35,312 nt of DNA from assembly GCA_002254825.2 (NCBI GenBank), contig NJEL02000002.1, positions 1-35,312 of the forward strand, given 5' to 3'. This document shows positions 18,351-24,990 of this stretch, piece by piece; positions within the stretch are counted from its first letter, which is position 1; the number at the start of each line of letters is the position of its first letter. Source of the DNA: Methanosarcinales archaeon ex4572_44. Its GTDB lineage: Archaea; Halobacteriota; Methanosarcinia; Methanosarcinales; EX4572-44. The notes beneath the pieces were generated by a model. That model did no database searches and was not told the DNA's origin. It was given only the letters and a program-made list of their open reading frames with translations. The position numbers and the translations under genes are program-made.

Positions 18351-19422
18351 GTTCGTTGTATCGTTCGTAAACGAGTTCTTTGAATTTTTCAGGTTTTGCT
18401 CTGATGAGCGCTGCAAGCTCGAAGTCGCCGAGGTACTCTAACCATTTGATGATCCACCCAATCTCCTCTCCCTTGATCTCGTTGAGGTGTTCAATCAGTC
18501 CCTGCAACCCGTTACAGACTCTGTTTAGTGCGCAGTAGCCTTCTTTTCCCTCACCAAGTATTATTCTCCGTGCAATCTTGCATCGATGCACTGCTTCCTC
18601 TTTTGTGATCCAGTCAAGGTCACGACAGTTCCTGAAGCCCTTGAGCTGGTGTATCGTCTCTATGCTTTTTGCAGCCCTCCCTGCGAGTTCGAGCAGCATT
18701 TCGTTGTCCAACCCCGAGAGTGCGTAAGGTGTCTCATAGTAGCATTCGATAGCACCGATCACAGAGTTCTCTGCAATGAGGGGTATCCCAATTGCAGATG
18801 ATGGTGTTGTGCCGTTTTTGATCGTTGAAACACCTGTCCGTTTGGAAACATCCTCTGGTGTGATTGCAATCTTGATCTCAGCATGTCTGAGAGCATCTCC
18901 CACAAGTGTCTCATGCGTGCTGAGATCGATGGGCAGTACATCTCCTGCCACGTTCTCTGTGTATACTGGCGTGAGATGTGAGTCTTTCAGGAGGTAGATT
19001 ATGATTGCCTCGGATCCTGCAGTCTTCTGGATCAGGCTTGATATTATCTCTATGGTTTTATCAAGGTTCAGACATGCTATGAGAGCGTCTCCTGTCTCTC
19101 TGATTGCATCCCGTAGTTCCATTCCTGTTCGCTCCCACATCTCGAAGTATTCTTTGTAGACGAGGCTGAAATTCATTATGAATTCGAGGAAGAAGACCGA
19201 TGATTTTGAGACTATGAGTGGTATCTCTTGGAATGGTACCTCCTCTGTGAGCTTGCCGAGGGCATCGGTATGCACTGCTGTTATTTCTTCGAGACCAGTC
19301 TTCTCACGTATGCACTCTCTACTGAACTCATAGGCGTTGTAGAGAGCGGTCTCATCATCTCCTCCGAATAGGTACTCGTTGAGCAGTTCTGTATATGTCT
19401 CTTCAAGTTTTTCAGGAGTCAC
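18331..19422 (-). CDS. RsbU_N-like docking domain + GAF domain + Cys-containing C-terminal domain protein (putative output of the stressosome-like operon)
   Basis: The N-terminus YTELLNEYLFGGDDETALYNAYEFSRECIREKTGLEEITAVHTDALGKL parallels the N-terminal RsbT-binding domain of B. subtilis RsbU (recalled sequence). The central part has a GAF pattern (SAIGIPLIAENSVIGAIECYY...LLELAGRAAKSIE). The GTG start overlaps the upstream stop (GTGA). Confidence 0.65.
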   Translation of the reverse strand: MTPEKLEETYTELLNEYLFGGDDETALYNAYEFSRECIREKTGLEEITAVHTDALGKLTEEVPFQEIPLIVSKSSVFFLEFIMNFSLVYKEYFEMWERTGMELRDAIRETGDALIACLNLDKTIEIISSLIQKTAGSEAIIIYLLKDSHLTPVYTENVAGDVLPIDLSTHETLVGDALRHAEIKIAITPEDVSKRTGVSTIKNGTTPSSAIGIPLIAENSVIGAIECYYETPYALSGLDNEMLLELAGRAAKSIETIHQLKGFRNCRDLDWITKEEAVHRCKIARRIILGEGKEGYCALNRVCNGLQGLIEHLNEIKGEEIGWIIKWLEYLGDFELAALIRAKPEKFKELVYERYNELKDFAF

Positions 19423-20018
19423 TCTGATCTCCTCTCGCGTGCCACTACAATGGTTGCATCATCTGTTCCCCGCGCATACTCTCGGAACAACGCATCTGCG
19501 ATCCTCTCTTCATCCTGGCTGCAGAGTCGCAGGAGAAGCTCTCGGTTGATACCTGATCGTATCCCGTCTGAGTGCATCAGTATCAGATCTCCACTGGTGT
19601 AGGGGTATGTGTGCTCTATTACCCTTTGCATGTTGTACCCGATGATTCCACCTGTTGAGATCGGGTAGCTGTTCTCGCTCCCAATTATCCTGGTGGTGAT
19701 ATTCCCAACCCCTGCAAAATGGATCCTACCCTCATCTATTTTTATTATCACTACTGCCATGACAACGCCATCGGTAGCTCTGAGTGCATCATCACACGCA
19801 TAAAAGAGACCCGTCAGGGTGAAATCCTCTCTGGAGCGAATGTAGTCTCTTATTGTCTTCACACAGATAGTTGCAGCCCTTTCTGCATGATCTCCATGCC
19901 CGATGCCATCAATAAGACTGATCAGAATGCCCTGGTTTATCTCTTCCACCAGGTATGCATCGCCGTTTGCGGTGAACCCCTTCTTCGCCCTGCTGATAGC
20001 ACCCACGCCCATTTTCAT
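19419..20018 (-). CDS. stand-alone PP2C-type serine phosphatase, RsbX-like
   Basis: ~199 aa when started at the ATG that overlaps the upstream stop (ATGA at 20015-20018). PP2C/SpoIIE motifs: GDAYLV, LIDGIGHGDHA, MHSDGI, DDATIVV. Same size class as B. subtilis RsbX. Confidence 0.8.
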   Translation of the reverse strand: MKMGVGAISRAKKGFTANGDAYLVEEINQGILISLIDGIGHGDHAERAATICVKTIRDYIRSREDFTLTGLFYACDDALRATDGVVMAVVIIKIDEGRIHFAGVGNITTRIIGSENSYPISTGGIIGYNMQRVIEHTYPYTSGDLILMHSDGIRSGINRELLLRLCSQDEERIADALFREYARGTDDATIVVARERRSE

Positions 20019-20392
20019 CTCAACCACTTTCTGATCCGTACGCATGTTCCATCCTTCCCGGTGTCGATAGAGAGCTCATCCATCATGTGTTCAACACCCA
20101 GTAGCCCGATGCCAAGCCCATGGCTCACGCTCTTATCTCCATTATCTATAATTCCACTGCCCGAGTCCCTGCAGACGATCTCAATCCCCTGCTCGTTGGG
20201 GTGCACCTCAACCGTTCCAGCACCTGCATACTTCACTGCGTTCTCGGCGAGCTCTGAGACGGCAGTTGCGATCCGATGTTGATCATAGATACCAAAACCT
20301 ATTCTCTCTGCAATCTCTATCACACTCTCCCGCATGTTTATGATACCTGCCAGATTCTGGACATGAAAGACTCCCTCTCGCATTGGGCTCAT
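20015..20392 (-). CDS. second RsbT/RsbW-type anti-sigma-factor-like serine kinase (HATPase_c_2)
   Basis: 125 aa from the ATG overlapping the upstream stop. N-box-like VSELAENAVKYAGAG, G-boxes DSGSGI and GLGIGL, C-terminal IRKWL. Paralogous to the preceding gene. Confidence 0.75.
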   Translation of the reverse strand: MSPMREGVFHVQNLAGIINMRESVIEIAERIGFGIYDQHRIATAVSELAENAVKYAGAGTVEVHPNEQGIEIVCRDSGSGIIDNGDKSVSHGLGIGLLGVEHMMDELSIDTGKDGTCVRIRKWLR

Positions 20393-20793
20393 CGTCGTCT
20401 CAGCCATTTTTTGATGGTTATGATGGTTCCCTCACCTGGCTTTGATTTGATCTCAAACTCGTCCATGAGTTGCTTTGCACCAGATAGCCCGAGTCCAAGG
20501 CTGCCTGATGTACTGACCCCGCCTTTGAGCACAAGTCCAATATCCTTTATCCCAGGACCTTCATCTACACATACCACCACGATACCATTCTTATCACCAG
20601 TCTCACTTTGCGCCTTTTCAATTGTCACCTCTCCCTTGCCTGCATAGGTTACGATATTTCTTGTGAGTTCAGAGATGGCGGTGGTGATCTTTGTCTGATC
20701 CACCACGTTAAAACCCATTTTCATCGCAAGCTCGCGCCCCTTGCCCCGCGCAGCGATTATATCAGCGCTCGATGCAATATTCACCTTCGTCAT
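20389..20793 (-). CDS. rsbT: RsbT-like serine kinase / switch protein
   Basis: MTKVNIASSADIIAARGKGRELAMKMGFNVVDQTKITTAISELTRNIVTYAGKG...DEGPGI...STSGSLGLGLSGAKQLMDEF...IKKWL is colinear with B. subtilis RsbT (recalled). Start moved to ATG 20793, 15 nt after the rsbS-like stop. Confidence 0.88.
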   Translation of the reverse strand: MTKVNIASSADIIAARGKGRELAMKMGFNVVDQTKITTAISELTRNIVTYAGKGEVTIEKAQSETGDKNGIVVVCVDEGPGIKDIGLVLKGGVSTSGSLGLGLSGAKQLMDEFEIKSKPGEGTIITIKKWLRRR

Positions 20794-20807
20794 CTCCTCA
20801 TCTTCGC

Positions 20808-21188
20808 TCACGACACACCACCACGTTGCTCCGCCCCAATGAGTTGTTTCAACAGCTTCCTCCCCCTCTCGAGGTTGAGAGCAGTGTTCACGTTCCACTT
20901 GACACGTATCCCGAGTTCAACGAGGGTTACTGCAACAGCAGGTCGGATTCCCACAACAACCGTTTTTGCACCGAGCAGTTCTGCTGTTGCTGCAACATTT
21001 GAAAGGGTTCTACCCATAAAACTATCCACAATATCGAGGGCTGTGATATCGATTATCAACCCTGTGGCTCCAACATCCTTGATCCTGAGCAGTATATCTT
21101 CCTGCAGCTTGGATATCTCATCGTCAGAGAGCTCTGACTGGATCGTTACCACAAGGAAATCCTCAATCTTCAGTATAGGAATATCCAA
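20808..21188 (-). CDS. rsbS: RsbS-like single-STAS stressosome scaffold protein
   Basis: MDIPILKIEDFLVVTIQSELSDDEISKLQEDILLRIKDVGATGLIIDITALDIVDSFMGRTL...GAKTVVVGIRPAVAVTLVELGI is near-colinear with B. subtilis RsbS, including the phospho-serine context (DSF). Confidence 0.9.
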   Translation of the reverse strand: MDIPILKIEDFLVVTIQSELSDDEISKLQEDILLRIKDVGATGLIIDITALDIVDSFMGRTLSNVAATAELLGAKTVVVGIRPAVAVTLVELGIRVKWNVNTALNLERGRKLLKQLIGAEQRGGVS

Positions 21189-21203
21189 GAAAAATCCCTC
21201 TCT

Positions 21204-22046
21204 TCATCTATCTTCTATCCTCACTTTAAACCCAAGCATCTTGTCAGCGTGCCAGAGACCTGCACGCAGGTTGTTCTTCGTTATCAGCATCGAGATATCG
21301 ATCCCGAGACCTGCAAGCGTCTGTGCGTTAGCCGGGCTTATGCCTGTTATGATCGTATCTGCACCGAGCATCTTTGCAGCATGCACCGTCTTTATCATGT
21401 GGTTTGCTACCAGACTGTCAATTATTGGAACGCCTGTAAGATCGATTATCACAACCGACGCCTCAACTTCAACGATCCTATCCAACAACTCTTCCAAGAT
21501 CTGCTCCGCCCTTTCAGAATCGACGGTTCCGATCAATGGAAGCACCAGTATCTCCTCGCGTATCTGCAGGACTGGGGTGGAGAGGCTCATCATGGCTCTC
21601 TGCTGTTCGTGTATCACACGCTCCCGTTCCTCAACAAAAGCCATTGTCACAATGGTGAGGATATTATTTGCAATGGGTTCATACGAGTCGAGCAGTTGAT
21701 AGAGCTTCTCCTCATCATCCCGATACTTTGAGAAGATGAAACGCTCATAGATATCTCGAAGTTTGAGAATCCCACCGATTATTCTCTCAACGCTCATATC
21801 ATGCATCACTGCTTCTTCGGTTATTATTTTTGCATATTTTTCAACATCTTCAAATTCGCCAGTTCTGAAGGTTGAGACCACAGTGTTGTAGAGAGCAGTG
21901 TACCGCGCCTCTGTCTCAACATCACTCATCTGTTCAAGAAGACCTGATTCTCGCATCTCGGTTATCCACTGTCCCTTCAACTGATCTGCATGATCCTCAA
22001 AGAGAGCGCTCAACTCTCTTTCCAAATTTTGACTCATACCGCTCAC
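21204..22046 (-). CDS. rsbR: RsbR-like stressosome sensor protein (helical N-terminal sensor domain + C-terminal STAS)
   Basis: C-terminus: LPLIGTVDSERAEQILEELL...VIIDLTGVPIIDSLVANH...ITGISPANAQTLAGLGID. It matches the RsbRA STAS domain, with Ser/Thr at both phospho-acceptor positions. Start is GTG 22046 or ATG 22037. Confidence 0.85.
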   Translation of the reverse strand: MSGMSQNLERELSALFEDHADQLKGQWITEMRESGLLEQMSDVETEARYTALYNTVVSTFRTGEFEDVEKYAKIITEEAVMHDMSVERIIGGILKLRDIYERFIFSKYRDDEEKLYQLLDSYEPIANNILTIVTMAFVEERERVIHEQQRAMMSLSTPVLQIREEILVLPLIGTVDSERAEQILEELLDRIVEVEASVVIIDLTGVPIIDSLVANHMIKTVHAAKMLGADTIITGISPANAQTLAGLGIDISMLITKNNLRAGLWHADKMLGFKVRIEDR

Positions 22047-22092
22047 CCGACTATCACAACAGGTATCATTCTGTGATTATTGGTACATAATA

Positions 22093-22111
22093 CTGTCGAA
22101 TATTCTGACAG
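22093..22111. promoter_or_regulatory. near-perfect 19-bp palindrome upstream of the rsbR-like gene (candidate operator)
   Basis: CTGTC-GAATATTC-tGACAG lies 47-65 nt upstream of the rsbR-like start, next to AT-rich TATA-like sequence on the minus strand. Confidence 0.3.
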
Positions 22112-22278
22112 ATCCTAACTCCATGTTATAGATATCCCCTTACAGATAGAAGAACGCCTCCAAACCGAGACCCCAAGAGACACCGCATAAACCAGAGCCC
22201 ACCCCCGCAAAAGATTTAACGCTAAGAGGCCATACAAGACCTGAAAAGCGATCTTTATCCTTTAGTTGGGGCAATGCA

Positions 22279-22728
22279 ATGGTTTCACGCACACCACTAC
22301 TAACGGTCGACGTTGTAATCATCTATCAAAAAAAGATAGTTTTGATCAGGCGTGCCAATCCACCCTACCAGGGCTACTATGCGCTACCCGGCGGTTTTGT
22401 TGAGATCGGTGAAACAGTAGAAGATGCTGCTCGGCGCGAGGCAGAAGAAGAGACCACGCTTAACGTGAAGCTCGTAAAGCTTCTTGGTGTCTATTCTGAC
22501 CCTGATCGGGATCCGCGTGGGCACACCATCTCAATCGCATACATCGGCGAAGGAACAGGTAGGCTGGTCGCCAATACTGACGCTGCCTCCGTAGAATTGT
22601 TCGACACCGATGAACTGCCTAAAAAACTCGCCTTTGACCATGAAAAAATCCTAAGAGATGCATTCCATGTCATTTTAAACGCTCACAGCCCTCACAATAT
22701 TTTATTTCATTCAAACCGAAAAAGATAA
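22279..22728 (+). CDS. Nudix hydrolase
   Basis: Nudix box GGFVEIGETVEDAARREAEEETTL (Gx5Ex7REUxEExGU). Confidence 0.88.
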   Translation: MVSRTPLLTVDVVIIYQKKIVLIRRANPPYQGYYALPGGFVEIGETVEDAARREAEEETTLNVKLVKLLGVYSDPDRDPRGHTISIAYIGEGTGRLVANTDAASVELFDTDELPKKLAFDHEKILRDAFHVILNAHSPHNILFHSNRKR

Positions 22729-22820
22729 AATAAGAGAAAACTTATATTTATAACAATATTGTTGCGGGGGTGGGTCTCCTCTTCGCTATTTATCTTTCCC
22801 ATTTTTCTGCTGGTCGTTCT

Positions 22821-23333
22821 CTATATGTTGAATATTTTTCGTGCGTTTTCGGTGGTTTTCTGTGCTATTTTCTCGAAGTTTGTCTCTTTTATGTTGGCTA
22901 TGGTTGTAATTGCATCCACTATGAAGGCTGGCTCGTTCCTTCCGCGGCGGGGTGAGAGGTATGGCGAATCGGTCTCAACGAGCAATCGGTCGAGCGGGAC
23001 TTCGCGTGCGAGGTCTCTGTGGTGTTGTGAGAAGCAGACGAGTGTTGCGAGCGAGATGTAGAAGCCGTGGTCGAGTATCTCGTTCATCGTCTCGATGCTT
23101 CCGCCGTAGCAGTGGAATACTACGCTATCACAGTTCTCTACTATTTTTAGTGCTTTTTCTTCTGCATCTCTTGCGTGGAGTATCACGGCTCCCTCAAAGG
23201 TGGTTGTTATCCCTGAGGTTATAATCTCGCTCACACCACTTCTCCCTGCTCTACTCAGGGCATCGCCTCTATCTGAGTTGAACTGTGGAAAGTTGATGTG
23301 ACAGTGTGAGTCAATTATCAGAGGGTTTCTCAT
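22821..23333 (-). CDS. TatD-family metal-dependent hydrolase, unusually short (internal segment missing)
   Basis: IIDSHCH (HxH), ILHARDA, VFHCYGG and LLVETDSPYL motifs are present, but the product is only 170 aa. The ATG overlaps the upstream gene's stop (ATGA 23330-23333). Confidence 0.75.
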   Translation of the reverse strand: MRNPLIIDSHCHINFPQFNSDRGDALSRAGRSGVSEIITSGITTTFEGAVILHARDAEEKALKIVENCDSVVFHCYGGSIETMNEILDHGFYISLATLVCFSQHHRDLAREVPLDRLLVETDSPYLSPRRGRNEPAFIVDAITTIANIKETNFEKIAQKTTENARKIFNI

Positions 23334-24859
23334 CTGCTGATTGAGAGTAGGTGGTTGATGGCTACTACAAAGGCTTCAACCGATGCCATGACTATGTCTT
23401 CTCTTGCAACACTTGCGGTGATCATTCGTCCTGTTTCATCTTCCACTCCGATAGTTACCTCTGCAAGTGCGTCAGATCCTCCAGATATGGCTTCTATCCT
23501 AAAGTCTTTTATCTTCACCTTGAAACGCTCGCCGAGCATGCTTTCAAGGGTTTTGAGTGCCGCATCCACTGTTCCAACTCCTGTGTGTGCTGCAAGTTGC
23601 TCTTGATCGTCTATTATGGCTTTTATAGCTGCTGTGGGTGTGATCAGGTTGCCTGTCATAACCGAGACCTCTTTCAATGCGATTACTTGCTCTCTTCTCG
23701 AGACCTGTCCCATCACAGTATCCGCAACAGCAATTAGGTCTGAATCGGTGACACGCTTGCCCTTGTCAGCGATCTGTTTCACGCGTGAGAGTATCTCTCG
23801 CAACTGCTCTCTGTTGGGTTGTATATCCATTACATTGAGTGCCTGTTCCACTGCGTGGCTGCCTGTGTGTTTGCCGAGCACGATCCGTCGTTTGTGCCCC
23901 ACCATCTCAGGGGTCATTATACCAGGTTCAAAGGTCTCTGATTCTACGATCACCCCGTGGGCATGTATCCCGGACTCGTGGGCAAAGGCATTATCCCCTA
24001 TGATCGGCATTGTGATCGGCATCTTTACATCGGTGTAGCGCTCCACGAGCTTTGAGGTTTCAAAGAGGCGTTCGGTCCTGATAGTTGTTCTGGCACCGTA
24101 CATGCTGTGGAGGCTCATCACAACCTGGGCTATGTCAGCATTGCCTGCACGTTCCCCGAGTCCGTTCACGGTCACCTGCACCTGCGAGGCTCCTGCTTCG
24201 CATGCTGCAAGGCTGTTGGCTGATGCAAGCCCAAAATCGTCGTGGCAGTGAACATCGATCGGGATTTTAACCGCACTGTTGATGCCTTTTATCAATTTGT
24301 ACATCTCTGAGGGCACAATCACGCCAACTGTGTCTGGGACATTTATCACATCACATCCAACAGACTCAACCCTGGAGAATATCTCTTTTAAGTAGGAGAG
24401 TTCTGTTCTGGTGGCATCCATCGCTGAGAACATGCATTTCACACCACAGTCCTTGATCTGCTCCACCGCATCCACAGCCATCTGAGAGACCTCCTCCCGA
24501 GTCTTCTTGATGGTATGAATCCGCTGAACATCAGAGGTTGAGACAAAAATGTGCACCATATCAACGTCACACTCGATGCACGCATCAACATCCTCTTTCA
24601 CCACCCTCGCAAGCCCGCATACATCAGCAGTGCTCAAATCCAATCCAGCGATCGTCCGCGTAGCAGCCATATCACCTTCAGAAGCATTTGGGAATCCTGC
24701 TTCGATCACATTCACACCGAGCTCGTCCAATTTCTCTGCTATACAAACCTTTTCATCGATTGTGAGTGCAACACCAGGTGTCTGCTCTCCATCACGGAGC
24801 GTCGTATCAAAAATGCGTATCTTTCTCCCTTTCAACGATTCATTGAAGTAAAATGCCAT
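23330..24859 (-). CDS. 2-isopropylmalate synthase / (R)-citramalate synthase family enzyme (LeuA/CimA)
   Basis: [17 protein letters not shown] and [16 protein letters not shown] motifs of the DRE-TIM aldolase fold, plus a C-terminal LeuA-dimer regulatory domain. 509 aa. LeuA and CimA cannot be told apart by eye. Confidence 0.88.
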   Translation of the reverse strand: MAFYFNESLKGRKIRIFDTTLRDGEQTPGVALTIDEKVCIAEKLDELGVNVIEAGFPNASEGDMAATRTIAGLDLSTADVCGLARVVKEDVDACIECDVDMVHIFVSTSDVQRIHTIKKTREEVSQMAVDAVEQIKDCGVKCMFSAMDATRTELSYLKEIFSRVESVGCDVINVPDTVGVIVPSEMYKLIKGINSAVKIPIDVHCHDDFGLASANSLAACEAGASQVQVTVNGLGERAGNADIAQVVMSLHSMYGARTTIRTERLFETSKLVERYTDVKMPITMPIIGDNAFAHESGIHAHGVIVESETFEPGIMTPEMVGHKRRIVLGKHTGSHAVEQALNVMDIQPNREQLREILSRVKQIADKGKRVTDSDLIAVADTVMGQVSRREQVIALKEVSVMTGNLITPTAAIKAIIDDQEQLAAHTGVGTVDAALKTLESMLGERFKVKIKDFRIEAISGGSDALAEVTIGVEDETGRMITASVAREDIVMASVEAFVVAINHLLSISR

Positions 24860-24990
24860 CCCCTCACACTTATTTTATTATTTGATCAGCATTGCTCAGA
24901 TCTGCCCACCCTAAAATGAATGATGAGAGATAAACCTTTTGATTTGCAGCGAATTTATGCAATGCTGGAATAGAGGAATAATTTTTATTT

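Noticed and set aside
20608-21699. 363-aa plus-strand ORF spanning the region opposite the rsbT/rsbS/rsbR-like genes
   Set aside because: Its translation is Ser/Thr/Ile-rich, low-complexity and motif-free. The opposite strand encodes three proteins with strong colinear similarity to Bacillus RsbT, RsbS and RsbR. It is a typical antisense shadow ORF.
22752-22763. Perfect 12-bp palindrome AACAATATTGTT between the convergent Nudix and TatD genes
   Set aside because: It lies downstream of both genes, not at a promoter, and is AT-rich and short. No regulatory role can be argued from the sequence.
24887-24967. 9-nt inverted repeat CAGCATTGC / GCAATGCTG, 63 nt apart, in the ileS-leuA/cimA intergenic region
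   Set aside because: The chance expectation within a 130-bp AT-rich spacer is not negligible. One arm lies upstream of the likely TATA, so a leader or attenuator structure is not supported.
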